Assembly: GCA_050949565.1 (NCBI GenBank)
Contig: JBMNFY010000008.1
Coordinates: 192,001-256,000, forward strand
From: Kiritimatiellia bacterium
GTDB taxonomy: Bacteria; Verrucomicrobiota; Kiritimatiellia; RFP12; UBA1067
Length of the DNA stretch: 64,000 nt
Direction: 5' to 3'
Shown: in pieces, positions 19,837 through 30,218 of the stretch
Numbering within the stretch: the stretch's first letter is position 1
Layout: each line of letters begins with the position of its first letter
The notes under the pieces: model-generated
Told to the model about the DNA's origin: nothing
Databases searched by the model: none
Seen by the model: the letters and a program-made list of their open reading frames with translations, nothing else
Translations under genes and position numbers: made by a program

Positions 19837-21594
19837 ATGAAATTCTTCCTCGATATCGCTTATCCCGACCAAGCCTCGAACCGCTTCGAGTTGCCGCCCG
19901 GCCTCTACACGATCGGTCGCGGCGACGCCTGCAAGATCCGGTTGCGCCACCCTGAGGTCAGCGAGCGGCACGCACTGCTAACGCTACGCGAAACCGGTGT
20001 CACCATCGAAGATCTCCACTCCAGCAACGGCACCATCGTGGGCGGTCGGCCCATCCAAGAACCCACACGGCTGCGCGCCGACGACGTGGTCAGCTTAGGC
20101 CCCTGCCTGCTGCGTGTCTCGTCTGACGAGCCCGCCACCTCCGACGCTCCGGCCGCGCCCGCCGCCCCCGACGTACCGCAGCCCGAACCGCCGCGCGCGC
20201 CCGCCCCCGAACCCGCGGTTGCGCAACCGCCGTCGATCCCCGTCTCGGCTCCACCTCCACCTCCGCCTCCCCCTCCCCCGGCGCCGGTCGACCCGATGGC
20301 CGCCATCATGCGCGAAATCAAAAACCAGATCCACGGCGAACTGATTCAGCGTCTGGACCTCAAGCGCATGACCGTCTCGCGCATCGGCACCGATGAGCTA
20401 CAGCAGAAGGCCCGCGAAACCATCCGCGCCATCATCGCGGAGGTTCGCCGTAACCGGAAGCTGCCTGCCGGTATTGATCCCGCGCGTCTGGAAAAAGAGA
20501 TTTACGACGAAGCCGTGCGCCTCGGCCCGCTGGAAGACTTTCTAGCCGACGACTCCATCACCGAAATCATGGTCAACGGCCCCGGCCAGGTGTTCGTCGA
20601 GCGCAACGGCCGCATCGAACTGACCGGACAGACCTTCATGGATGACGAGTCGGTGCTAGGTGTCATCGAACGCATCGTCGCCCCGATCGGCCGTCGCATC
20701 GACGAAAGCCAACCCTATGTCGACGCCCGTCTGCCGGACGGTTCGCGCGTCAACGCCATCATCGCGCCGCTCTCCCTCACTGGCCCCTGCATCACCATCC
20801 GCAAATTCTCCAAACGCGCGCTGACCGTTGACGACTTCATCGCCTTTGGCACCTGGACGCACAACATCGCAGAGTTCCTGCGTCTCTGCGTCATCATGCG
20901 TAAGAATATTGTGGTCGCAGGTGGTACCGGCTCCGGAAAAACGACACTGCTCAACGTGCTAAGCGGCTTCATCCCGCCGACGGACCGCATCATCACGATC
21001 GAAGATGCCGCCGAACTGCGCCTCGTCCAGCCCCATGTGGTCCGCCTTGAAGCCCGTCCGCCCAACATCGAAGGCCGCGGTGCGATCACCATCCGCGATC
21101 TCGTCCGTAACGCGCTGCGCATGCGACCGGACCGGATCATCGTGGGCGAGTGTCGCGGCGGCGAAGCACTCGATATGCTCCAGGCAATGAACACCGGGCA
21201 CGACGGCTCGCTCACCACCGTCCACGCGAACTCGCCGCGCGATGTCATCTCGCGTCTCGAAACCATGGTATTGATGTCCGGGCTGGAACTTCCTTCGCGC
21301 GCCATCCGCGAACAGATCGCCTCGGCGATCGACCTCGTGGTGCATGAATCGCGCCTCAGTGACGGCTCGCGTAAAGTGACCTGTGTCTCCGAAGTGGTCG
21401 GACTCGAAGGGCTACAAGTCGTGATGCAGGATCTTTTCGAGTTCGAGCAGACCGGCGTCGATGAAAAAGGCAAAGTTCTCGGACGCTTCAGGCCGACCGG
21501 CGCGGTGCCGACCTTCTTCGAGCACATCAAGAGCCGCGGCCTGCATCTGGACCCCGCCATCTTCGATCCTGCCAAACAAGGCGGTGACGCATGA
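19837..21594 (+). CDS. cpaF: Tad pilus ATPase TadA/CpaF with N-terminal FHA domain and Pro-rich linker
   Basis: FHA motifs IGR, VSERHA, DLHSSNGT; Walker A GGTGSGKTT; LRMRPDRIIVGECRG; MNTGHDG. Confidence 0.95.
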   Translation: MKFFLDIAYPDQASNRFELPPGLYTIGRGDACKIRLRHPEVSERHALLTLRETGVTIEDLHSSNGTIVGGRPIQEPTRLRADDVVSLGPCLLRVSSDEPATSDAPAAPAAPDVPQPEPPRAPAPEPAVAQPPSIPVSAPPPPPPPPPPAPVDPMAAIMREIKNQIHGELIQRLDLKRMTVSRIGTDELQQKARETIRAIIAEVRRNRKLPAGIDPARLEKEIYDEAVRLGPLEDFLADDSITEIMVNGPGQVFVERNGRIELTGQTFMDDESVLGVIERIVAPIGRRIDESQPYVDARLPDGSRVNAIIAPLSLTGPCITIRKFSKRALTVDDFIAFGTWTHNIAEFLRLCVIMRKNIVVAGGTGSGKTTLLNVLSGFIPPTDRIITIEDAAELRLVQPHVVRLEARPPNIEGRGAITIRDLVRNALRMRPDRIIVGECRGGEALDMLQAMNTGHDGSLTTVHANSPRDVISRLETMVLMSGLELPSRAIREQIASAIDLVVHESRLSDGSRKVTCVSEVVGLEGLQVVMQDLFEFEQTGVDEKGKVLGRFRPTGAVPTFFEHIKSRGLHLDPAIFDPAKQGGDA

Positions 21595-22490
21595 CGCCCG
21601 GCACCCTCACTGCGCTCGGCTGGTCTGCGACCGCACTGATCGGTCTAGCCTTCACTGGACTGGGTTACACCGTCGTGCGCGCCTTCGGCTCCGGTGCAGG
21701 CGCCTACGCCGACTCCATGTCCGAGGAAGCCTCGCGCCGTTTCGAGGACCTCTTCCTCTTCATCCCGGCCAAGCGCATCTCCGACATCGGACGCGCCGCA
21801 GCAGCCGCCGTCTTCCTGCTCTGCTTCGTGCCGCTTTTCGACCACACCAATCTGGTCTCGACGGTCGCCGGCACCGTGCTCGGCTTGACCTTCGGTGTGC
21901 TCGCGTTGATGGCACCCTCCAAACTGATCGATATCCTGCGTGAACGCCGCCGCCGTCTATTCAACGAGCAGCTCGTCGAAGCGCTCGGCAGCATGAGCAA
22001 CGCCCTGCGTGCAGGTTTCAGCATCAACCAAGCCTTTGAGTCCGTGGTGCAGAACGGCGAAAAGCCCATCTCTCAGGAGTTCGGCGTCATGCTACAGCAG
22101 ATGCGTGTGGGCATGAATTTTTACGACGCGCTACAAAGCCTCGACAAGCGGGTCGGCTCCGACGACCTGACGCTGGTGGTCACCTCGATCGACATCGCCC
22201 GCCGCACGGGCGGCAACCTGACGGAAATCTTCGACAAGATCAGCCTGACCATCCGCGAGCGCATGCGCATCGAGCGGCGCGTGCAGACGCTCACCGCACA
22301 GGGACGCCTACAGGGCATCATTGTCGCCTGCATGCCGGCGCTACTCGGTGCGGTCATGACCTTCATCAAGCCGGGCATGATGATTCCCTTCTTCAAATCC
22401 GTCAACGGCATGATCGCCATCGGCCTCACCGCCCTGCTCATCGCCGTCGGCTGGTTCTTCATCAGCCGCATCATCCGCATTGATGTTTAG
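21591..22490 (+). CDS. tadB: TadB (T2SS F family) inner-membrane protein
   Basis: ALRAGFS, RTGGNLTEIF, TLTAQGR motifs; directly follows tadA. Confidence 0.9.
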   Translation: MTPGTLTALGWSATALIGLAFTGLGYTVVRAFGSGAGAYADSMSEEASRRFEDLFLFIPAKRISDIGRAAAAAVFLLCFVPLFDHTNLVSTVAGTVLGLTFGVLALMAPSKLIDILRERRRRLFNEQLVEALGSMSNALRAGFSINQAFESVVQNGEKPISQEFGVMLQQMRVGMNFYDALQSLDKRVGSDDLTLVVTSIDIARRTGGNLTEIFDKISLTIRERMRIERRVQTLTAQGRLQGIIVACMPALLGAVMTFIKPGMMIPFFKSVNGMIAIGLTALLIAVGWFFISRIIRIDV

Positions 22491-22494
22491 AAGG

Positions 22495-22932
22495 TTTTAA
22501 GAGCCCATCTCGCTCAACTCACCAACACACCGCCCCACTACGACACCGCATGTCTGCTCCATGCTATTTCCACACCTTGAAAGGTGTGGAAATAGCTGCC
22601 CTCTTCGACAAGTATACCAAAATGCACCCCCACGCACCGAGCAATCACATCAATACCCTTGATTTTAAAGGCTCATCTCGATCAACGCGACAACATGCCG
22701 CACCACTGCGGTGCCTCATATCTGAACCATGCTATTTCCACATATTGAAAGGTGTGGCAGTAGCCGCCCCCTTCGACAAGTATACCAAAATGCACCCCCA
22801 CGCACCGGACGACCACACTAATACCCCGATTTTAAAGGCTCATCTCGATCAATGCGACAACACACCGCATCACTACGGCACCCTATGTCTGATCCATACC
22901 TATTTCCACACCTTGAAAGGTGTGGCAGTTGT
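22495..22932. repeat. 168-bp tandem repeat (about 2.6 copies), each with a REP-like hairpin
   Basis: ctatttccacaccttgaaaggtgtgg (second copy slightly varied) at 22564, 22732 and 22900. Confidence 0.9.
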
Positions 22933-23020
22933 TACCCACTCAGCCGTTTATCCTAAAAAGAGCAGTTGAATCTTCAACTCTCTTTGGTTTCAAGGTTTCT
23001 GGTTTCATGGTTTCATCCAA

Positions 23021-23055
23021 ATCGGGATCGCGATCGGGATCGGGATCGGGATCGG
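23021..23055. repeat. (ATCGGG)n hexamer microsatellite
   Basis: atcgggatcgcgatcgggatcgggatcgggatcgg. Confidence 0.85.
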
Positions 23056-23176
23056 TGCTTCTTCGTGAGTGTGTTGGCGTACGGTTTTTGCCGCGCACAG
23101 CGCGGCCGGTCAAGCAGACGCTTGCCCCGGCGCTTCGCGAGCCCAGCCAAAAGCGTAATTCGCGGTTAACGAACCG

Positions 23177-23217
23177 TTGACATCGATTCCATACTTTTCT
23201 ATCATGCTTTCATACTT
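23177..23217 (+). promoter_or_regulatory. vapBC promoter with a probable autorepression operator
   Basis: TTGACA-17 bp-TATCAT; direct repeats tccatactt and ttcatactt flank the -10 box. Confidence 0.65.
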
Positions 23218-23227
23218 GTGGAGGTGA

Positions 23228-23455
23228 ATGATGTTGACCGCAGTTGTTGCAGAACGGGGGCAGGTGACGATTCCCAAGGTCCTACGCGACCGTCTGGGGA
23301 TCAAGCCTGCGACCGTGCTGGCTTTCAGCGTAAAGAATGGCGTTCTGACGGCTGTGAAAGTCGTGCCGGAGGATCCGGTGGCCGCTGTGACAGGATGCCT
23401 GAAGACGGATCGGGACTCGGATGAATGGATGGACGAGTTGCGGGGTGAACCGTGA
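23228..23455 (+). CDS. vapB: AbrB/MazE/SpoVT-family antitoxin
   Basis: ERGQVTIPKVLRDRLGI; RBS ggaggt; coupled to a PIN gene. Confidence 0.9.
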   Translation: MMLTAVVAERGQVTIPKVLRDRLGIKPATVLAFSVKNGVLTAVKVVPEDPVAAVTGCLKTDRDSDEWMDELRGEP

Positions 23456-23874
23456 TCACTGCCGTCGATACGAATGTGCTGTTGGACGTCTTTTTGAATG
23501 ATCCGACGTTCTGCCCTGGCTCTGCCAACGCTCTGCGTAAATGCCTTGCAGAGGGTGCGCTGATTGCCTGCGATGTCGTCTGGGCAGAGACGATGGCGGT
23601 CTTCCCGACCGACCGCCAGTTCGAAGCCGTCATGTCCGAACTGCAGATCACATTCTCGCCCATGCCGGAAAAAGCTGCCGCGCGAGCTGGGCGACTGTGG
23701 CGGTCGGCTCGGAGCGGTGGGACGCCACGCGGCGGTCGTGTGATCGCCGACTTTTTAGTCGCGGCTCATGCAGCCGAATGCGCGGATCGCCTGCTGACTC
23801 GTGATCGCGGATTTTACCGTTCGCACTTCAAGGGGCTCTCCCTTGTCGATCCGTTGCGCTTGGCGTTGTCGTAA
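23452..23874 (+). CDS. vapC: PIN-domain toxin
   Basis: VDTNVLLD, WAE, IADFLVAAHA, LLTRD. Confidence 0.92.
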   Translation: MITAVDTNVLLDVFLNDPTFCPGSANALRKCLAEGALIACDVVWAETMAVFPTDRQFEAVMSELQITFSPMPEKAAARAGRLWRSARSGGTPRGGRVIADFLVAAHAAECADRLLTRDRGFYRSHFKGLSLVDPLRLALS

Positions 23875-23907
23875 CAGCCTTACCTCTTACCTACTACCTA
23901 TTACTTC

Positions 23908-25965
23908 TCATCGCGACCACTTGGTGGTCGCAATGTGCGCTGTTTCGATCCAGTCACGTGCGGCCGCTTCATCGAGAGTCACGCTGTACCGGATTTCCTG
24001 ATACCGCTCCAACAGCGCGACGAGCTGTGCCGCGTGCTCGTCGGGGAGCCGCTCCGCCACGCGCCGGTACCACTCCGTCCAGCTCTCCGCAGTGCGCCGC
24101 CGCAACGGCGCCGGCAGGGCGCGGCGCTCCACACGGGTCATGGCCCGCGTCAGCTCCTCGCGTAGGCGTGCCTCGGGCGTCATGCGCCACCAGCGGCGGC
24201 GCCAACGCAGCCATGCCAACGCGCCGAACCCCAACGCCACCACCACGCCGGGAACACTCCAGATCATCTGCCAGAGAAACAGGATCAGCAATTCGCCGCC
24301 ATCGGCCAGAACTTGCAGAAAGTTTGCGTTCCGTAGATAGGCCAGCGCGCGCCGCCATGACGCGGCAAACAGATCGAGCGCGAGCCTGAAGCGTCCCGGT
24401 CGCTGCAACGCCGACGGCCGTCCCTCCGGCGGCGTCGGATCGACAATCAGCCAGCGTCCGGACGCGCTGTCCCATACCTCGACCCAAGCATGGCCGTCAC
24501 GTTCCCGCACAACCCAGCGCGCCAACCAAGGGTTCCAGTCGCTACAGACAAAACCGCCGATCATCCGCGCAGGAATGCCGCGCTGACGGAACATCAACGT
24601 GGCCGCGCTCGCAAAAAATGTGCAGGAACCCTCTTTGCGTGCCATGAAATCGATTAGCGGATCGGGATTGGCCTTCATCTTCAACCCGAGACGGTAGACA
24701 AAGTGGGCTGAGAAATCGGCTTCGACACACCGCACCGCCTCACCGACCGAAGACGCGGTCGCGAGTCCCGCGCAAGACTCAACCCAGTTCGAGACCGCAC
24801 CAGCCAGCGAACGGGGCACCTCAAGATACACCGCCGCATTACCCTCCGGTTGCGGCCATGCACGATCCATCATGCGCCGCGGATCGACCTCAATTTCGTA
24901 TGCGTCCGGAAACGGCCCGTTCACCGTCACGCTACCGTTCGTCTCTGCCATCGGTACCGCGCCAACGCAACTCAGCGCCAAACAGGAACCGGGCAGACAG
25001 AAGCCCCCCAACAGGCGCGGTGCCAAAATCTCCACCCGCCACGTCTCACGCCGCTCAGTAGCGGCCACATCCGAACGCAGCAGGTAACGCGGATACTGCG
25101 GCCGTGCCGCTCCGCCGGCAACAGCCGACGGCTCCAGCGGCACGTTGGGTTTCACTACGTCCCACCGGCCCCGGTCATACTGCAAGTAAACGTTCTCGCG
25201 CAAATACCCCGGCATATTGTCACTGCGGATCGCCGCCACCATGCGTGTCCGTTGCCCGAAATCATGCGGCACCGGCAAATTGAGATTGATATCCGACATC
25301 CGGCGTCGCGGCAGACGCTCTGAAAAAAACATCATTCCGTAGAGGCAACGTTGCACCTGCTTGATCCCGAGTCCAAGCGGTTCCTGCAACACCAATGACG
25401 CACCGGTCACAAGGCACAGGACCACCACCCGCTGGGCGAGTTCCCGCACGCCGGGCACCGCGTGCTCACGGCCGCTTCCCTGCGTCAACCGCTGTGCCAT
25501 ATCCGCCGTCAGCATCAACACAACCGTCCCACCCACCATCCACGGCGCGGCATCGCCCACCGCGCCCGGCATCACATCCGGCCGCCCGAGTGCGGTCATC
25601 GCAAGCGGTACACCCCCCAGCACGACCAAGGTCACCGATTGCGCCGTGGGCCGGAAAAACAGCGACGTAACCCCGAATGCGAAAACAACCGTGACCACCC
25701 GGTCCAACATGCGGCTTTCGTCCAGCGCATCATCCGGCGGCACGATCCGCTCCACATTTGCCGCCAAGAAAATCACTGTCAGCACAACCCCGCTCCAGAC
25801 TACCCACCGTGTAGTACTCGGCAGTGCGCGGCCGCGTACCCACGCCAGCACCGCGACGGCCCCCGCCACCACAAGCAGGCCCATACTGGCGTCGCGGCAA
25901 TACCACCAGGCACACCACAGCAGGAACAGCGCATTGAAAAAGACTGGCCAGCGGCTGCGGGTCAT
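23908..25965 (-). CDS. Membrane transglutaminase-like protein (TgpA type)
   Basis: Multiple TM helices; triad GSCTFFA, HAWVEVW, VDPTP; ATG at 25965 coupled to the DUF58 stop. Confidence 0.88.
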   Translation of the reverse strand: MTRSRWPVFFNALFLLWCAWWYCRDASMGLLVVAGAVAVLAWVRGRALPSTTRWVVWSGVVLTVIFLAANVERIVPPDDALDESRMLDRVVTVVFAFGVTSLFFRPTAQSVTLVVLGGVPLAMTALGRPDVMPGAVGDAAPWMVGGTVVLMLTADMAQRLTQGSGREHAVPGVRELAQRVVVLCLVTGASLVLQEPLGLGIKQVQRCLYGMMFFSERLPRRRMSDINLNLPVPHDFGQRTRMVAAIRSDNMPGYLRENVYLQYDRGRWDVVKPNVPLEPSAVAGGAARPQYPRYLLRSDVAATERRETWRVEILAPRLLGGFCLPGSCLALSCVGAVPMAETNGSVTVNGPFPDAYEIEVDPRRMMDRAWPQPEGNAAVYLEVPRSLAGAVSNWVESCAGLATASSVGEAVRCVEADFSAHFVYRLGLKMKANPDPLIDFMARKEGSCTFFASAATLMFRQRGIPARMIGGFVCSDWNPWLARWVVRERDGHAWVEVWDSASGRWLIVDPTPPEGRPSALQRPGRFRLALDLFAASWRRALAYLRNANFLQVLADGGELLILFLWQMIWSVPGVVVALGFGALAWLRWRRRWWRMTPEARLREELTRAMTRVERRALPAPLRRRTAESWTEWYRRVAERLPDEHAAQLVALLERYQEIRYSVTLDEAAARDWIETAHIATTKWSR

Positions 25966-27290
25966 AGGACGCTCACCTCCCCCCGCAACGCCGCCTTCAC
26001 GGGCACGCAGACCACCTCCGGCGGCACGCCGGCGCACGATCTGCCATGCGGCACGAGCAAAACCGTTTTTAGGCCGATGCCCCACGCGTTGATCATACGC
26101 GCCAGCGACGCGCGACGTTCATCCCACCGCGTAAGAATCAAACAAACGCTCTGGATCGCATGGATCTCAGCAAGCAGCAACGGCTCTAAGGCATCCAGCG
26201 GATCGACCCGGCTCGGCTCCACCGCCGCCAGAATGTCCAGCACTGCTTCCAGATAACCGATCCGGCCCTGGCTCACAAAACGATGGACCGCCGGCCCCGC
26301 AACCAGCAACTCAAGCACGCGGTCTGTAGTCGAGAGCGTATCGGTCACTGCGGCCGCCAACGAGAGCGCCGCCTCGACAGGCTCGGCGCGCGTGAGCCCC
26401 GCCCACAACCGTTCTGCGGTACCGCCCTCGTAGGTGTCCACCAACACGGCGGTACGCGAACGCCCTTCGGCCTGAAATTCCTTCACGACCGGTACGCCCA
26501 GCCGTGCCGATGAACGCGGGTGAACATGACGCAGGACATCGCCCTCGCGGAATTCACGGCAACCATGGAACTCCAGCGCCTCACGCGCCAGATCGCGGGA
26601 AGCCGCGAGTTCATTGCGGTTACGCATGCCTAGCGGAATCTCAAACGTTTCCAAGCGCGTATACCGCGGATAGACCGAGAGCTGGCGCTCGCGCAGCTCG
26701 GTCCGCCCCCAACGCCAGAGCCCGCCGGGAAAGGCTGAATCGACGCGCAGCGCCGGCAACGCATAGACGCCGCGCGCCAAGGCGTGACTGGTCGCGGAAA
26801 CCCGCTCGACGGCACCCGGCGGCAGATAGGCCAGATACGCCCGCCCGCGCCGCAAGCTCATCCAATCTGAAAAGATCAGCGTGTCGATGGCCAGATCGCG
26901 CGCGCAACGCCGCCCCGGATTGCGGATCGTGTAGTGGGTCTCGAAACGGCTGCCGCATTCAACACGGGGCGGCATGCGGATTTCAATCTCCAATGCAGGC
27001 CGCCAGAAGAGTCCAGCCACCATGCAAACAACAATCAGCGCCAATGCCGTAAACGCCAGGGGGAGCAAGCGATTTTCAAAACCCACCAGCAGGAACAACA
27101 GCACAGGACCCGCGCCGATCAAACCGGACAGATAGAAGCGCGGCGTTGTGTGCGCAATCAGCAGGTAATAGCTCCAGCACACCAACGGAAAGTTACGCGC
27201 GAAGCGCGCCCGTCTGCCGTGCTGATAGCCGATCGGCGGATGGCGCAACCGGTGCCACAACCGCCGTAAGCGTGTGGCCCGGGGGCTCAT
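25962..27290 (-). CDS. DUF58 domain protein
   Basis: EFHGCREFREGDVLRHVHPRSSAR...VVKEF; lies between MoxR and transglutaminase genes. Confidence 0.9.
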   Translation of the reverse strand: MSPRATRLRRLWHRLRHPPIGYQHGRRARFARNFPLVCWSYYLLIAHTTPRFYLSGLIGAGPVLLFLLVGFENRLLPLAFTALALIVVCMVAGLFWRPALEIEIRMPPRVECGSRFETHYTIRNPGRRCARDLAIDTLIFSDWMSLRRGRAYLAYLPPGAVERVSATSHALARGVYALPALRVDSAFPGGLWRWGRTELRERQLSVYPRYTRLETFEIPLGMRNRNELAASRDLAREALEFHGCREFREGDVLRHVHPRSSARLGVPVVKEFQAEGRSRTAVLVDTYEGGTAERLWAGLTRAEPVEAALSLAAAVTDTLSTTDRVLELLVAGPAVHRFVSQGRIGYLEAVLDILAAVEPSRVDPLDALEPLLLAEIHAIQSVCLILTRWDERRASLARMINAWGIGLKTVLLVPHGRSCAGVPPEVVCVPVKAALRGEVSVL

Positions 27291-28243
27291 GCGGGCACCG
27301 GCTCCGTACGCAGCACCTCGCGCACGACCGCCTCGCCGGTCAGTCCGCTATGCCGCGCCTTGACATCTGCCATCAGCCGGTGCGCCAACACGGGCACGGC
27401 CTGATTCTGCACATCATCCGGCCGCACGGCATCGCGTCCCGCCAAAAACGCGGCGGCCTGCGCGCAGCGTCGCAAGTCAAGCGAACCGCGCGGACTCGCC
27501 CCCAGCCGCAACCGCGCGTCTTGCCGCGTGCGCGCCACCAGTCGCACGATGTAGTCGAGTACCGACGCCTCCACACCCACCTCGCGAACCGCGCGCTGCA
27601 CCTGCGCCAACGCATCCGTATCCATCACCGGCTGCAGCGCATCCAGCGGACGAACACTCGTCTGGTCGTTCAGCATCTGCAGCTCGTGAGCGTGATCCGG
27701 ATACCCGAGCGACAGCCGCAGACAGAAGCGGTCGAGCTGCGCCTCCGGCAACGGATAGGTGCCGTTATACTCCACCGGATTCTGGGTAGCCAGCACCAGA
27801 AAGGGCAGCGACATCGGACGCGTCTCGCCCTCGGTGGTCACCTGACGTTCGCCCATCGCTTCCAACAGCGCCGACTGCGTACGCGGCGACGCGCGGTTGA
27901 TCTCGTCGGCCAACACGATGTGCGCGAAAATCGGTCCGGGGCGAAACGTGAAACTGCCATTGGCCGCCGAGTAGATCATACCGCCCACGATGTCGGTCGG
28001 CAGCAGGTCAGGCGTGAACTGAATACGCGAGAAACGCGCCGCGAGCGAGACCGCCAGTGCCTTGGCGAGCGTCGTCTTGCCCGTTCCGGGGACATCTTCG
28101 ATCAGCACATGACCATCGGCCAGCAGCGCGACCAACAACTGATTGATCGCTTCCTCCTTGCCACGGATCACCGTCGACAGATTTTCCCTCAGTCGCGCCA
28201 GCATACGCAATGGCGCCCATGTCTCATCCCGACTCTTTCCCAT
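27287..28243 (-). CDS. MoxR family AAA+ ATPase
   Basis: GHVLIEDVPGTGKT, RIQFTPDLLP, DEINRASP, ATQNPVE, LPEAQLDRF. Confidence 0.95.
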   Translation of the reverse strand: MGKSRDETWAPLRMLARLRENLSTVIRGKEEAINQLLVALLADGHVLIEDVPGTGKTTLAKALAVSLAARFSRIQFTPDLLPTDIVGGMIYSAANGSFTFRPGPIFAHIVLADEINRASPRTQSALLEAMGERQVTTEGETRPMSLPFLVLATQNPVEYNGTYPLPEAQLDRFCLRLSLGYPDHAHELQMLNDQTSVRPLDALQPVMDTDALAQVQRAVREVGVEASVLDYIVRLVARTRQDARLRLGASPRGSLDLRRCAQAAAFLAGRDAVRPDDVQNQAVPVLAHRLMADVKARHSGLTGEAVVREVLRTEPVPA

Positions 28244-28398
28244 GGCGTAAAGTGTAGCGGTCAATCCCCGCCGCCGCAAGTGCGCAAAAAAGTCTGCGCA
28301 AAAAAATGAAATTTGTGATTGACTTTAGGACACAAAAGAGCGAAAAGCGAGTCGAGTGCCGGAATGACATTTACCATAGAACGAAAGAGACGGTCGAC

Positions 28399-28596
28399 AT
28401 GAATACAAGGAAGACGTTTACTGCCGTTTTCTCTGCTGCTGCCGTATTTATTTCCGCAGCCGTCATCGTACGCCTGCCAGCCGCCGAGCCCGGGCAGGCG
28501 GACAGGTTGCCCTCTGTCGCAGGGCCGGATGCGTTGCGGCGGGAGCTTTGGCTTGTGCAGGCCGAAGCGCTCCCTGCCGGAGAAATAGGGTCGTAG
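28399..28596 (+). pseudogene. N-terminal fragment of a secreted protein truncated by miniature element A
   Basis: Signal peptide MNTRKTFTAVFSAAAVFISAAVIVRL; the frame stops inside the inverted repeat. Confidence 0.55.
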
Positions 28597-28836
28597 TTTG
28601 ACATTAGACATTCAAGGCGGAGAAATAGGGTCGTAGTTTGACATTAGACATTCAAGGGGTGCAAAGCGTTTTCGCGGTGTGGTAACGTGTTGCCGTGGCA
28701 AGGCAACTGAGGCACCTCCGAAGGGATGATGGTGCGGTTGAAAACCGACAACGCCTTGCACCGGTCGACCGTGCGCGTATCAAGGACTGCTGGGGAAACG
28801 AAATGTCTAATGTCAAACTACGACCCCAACAGACGC
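28579..28836 (+). mobile_element. Miniature element A (internally deleted copy of the Y1/HUH element), left end duplicated as 2 x 40 bp
   Basis: IR gggtcgtagtttgacattagacatt twice; 5' of the nuclease gene (MARQLRH) joined to its 3' end; right IR ends at 28827. Confidence 0.9.
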
Positions 28837-29272
28837 AACTGTCATACCGCCATACAAAACGGTTAAAATTGCGAAACGAAATTCCTTGGATCTTGGCGCG
28901 ACATATGATTTTAGCTTCATGAATGTAAAAACCACTGGCGAGGCGTTCGTCCATATCAATGTACTCCACAACAATTTCCCGGTGAACCCAAATGTGATGA
29001 ACGGAACTTTTGCTTTGCCTGTCACGCCCAGTGAAATACGGTTACACTGCATTCTAACGGCTGTCCATGAGGGTTGCCACATGTTCGGTCTGGTGGCTAA
29101 TAACAATGTGCTGGGGGGCGACGCGGATAAACACAACCCCGTCCCGAACGGCACCCGCGTGATGGACGACGGCAAGATCGTACCCTACGAGATCCGGTTC
29201 GGGCGGGCCGGCCCTTGGTGGTGGCTCCCATTGAACGGCGCATACCTGAAATTCGTGTTCCCGAAGGAGTGA
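28829..29272 (+). pseudogene. Orphan C-terminal HExxH zinc-metallopeptidase-like fragment (toxin tip candidate)
   Basis: Frame open from the right IR with no RBS or signal peptide; TAVHEGCHMFGL motif with a downstream His and VM; AT-richer. Confidence 0.65.
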
Positions 29273-29294
29273 GAGATACGTGAAAGGAGAACTC

Positions 29295-30218
29295 ATGAAA
29301 AAGACAACATGGCTACTGTCGTTTCTCATTTCGCTGGCTACGGCTGGCGCACAAGCGCAACAGACCAACCGCTTATATTATTCTTCAAAACTCGGCCTCT
29401 GGGTCGGCATTGGGGGCGAGGAGAGAAAGCCCACGGAGGAGGAGCGTTTCAGAAGGAAAATGCGGAAAGCGCTCCCGTATCAAACCGAGGTTCCGGAGAT
29501 TTTCCGTTACAGTACGCTTGGGCAACTCACAAAGGTGAGCGATCACATTGCCGTAGGAAAGGTTATTTCCGTCAAGTGGATCGAAAACTCATATTCAGAA
29601 AACGTCTCGATCACCTTGAAGCTTGAAGACGTGCTGCTGGGCGACGTGTCTTCCCGAAAGATTAAGGTCACGGGTGGCTGGCCGGAAGACGCTGACTACA
29701 AAAAGGATCTGGAAGTCGGCAAACCTTTCTTGTGGGCTTGGAAGCCGTGCCCCAAGCGTGGCGACCGGCTCCTCATGTATATTTTTGACAGGTCCTCGAT
29801 CGGGAATTACTGGGATTCGCGCAAATTCCATTCCCGAAAAGAGGTGCGCGCTAAAACCGGATTGCTTCACTTCATCTGCGGAAATATGGGCACCAGAGTC
29901 CTGGACACACCGGAGGACACAACGAACTATCTCAATGCCGCCAAGGCATACATACGGGAGTTGAGAGGTGCAAAACGCGACGAGGAGAGCTACTACTCGC
30001 TGCTCTGCACTCTGGTTCGCTCCCCCGTGCAACGCATCCGCGAGGATGCGCGGAGCGACCTGATGTTCTTTATCGAATACTGCCCGTCATTCGACGCCCG
30101 GAGGGTGCTTGCCGATGACAACATCGATGAGGCGATCCAATACTGGGTCGAGCATGACGTGCTCCCGCCGCGCGAAAAACAACAGTCCGATACGCAAAAT
30201 GAAACCAATCATGAATAG
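29295..30218 (+). CDS. Exported hypothetical protein, paralogue 1 (immunity candidate)
   Basis: RBS aaggag; signal peptide; shared motifs LPY, TLGQLTK, GDRLL, RIREDARSDL, CPSFD, NIDE. Confidence 0.8.
   Translation: MKKTTWLLSFLISLATAGAQAQQTNRLYYSSKLGLWVGIGGEERKPTEEERFRRKMRKALPYQTEVPEIFRYSTLGQLTKVSDHIAVGKVISVKWIENSYSENVSITLKLEDVLLGDVSSRKIKVTGGWPEDADYKKDLEVGKPFLWAWKPCPKRGDRLLMYIFDRSSIGNYWDSRKFHSRKEVRAKTGLLHFICGNMGTRVLDTPEDTTNYLNAAKAYIRELRGAKRDEESYYSLLCTLVRSPVQRIREDARSDLMFFIEYCPSFDARRVLADDNIDEAIQYWVEHDVLPPREKQQSDTQNETNHE

Noticed and set aside
22550-22969. 139-aa ORF with 56-aa repeats
   Set aside because: No RBS, atypical composition, and fully explained by the 168-bp hairpin repeat.
23908-28243. 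MoxR-DUF58-transglutaminase cluster as a novel system
   Set aside because: A well-known conserved gene triad; nothing unusual seen here.
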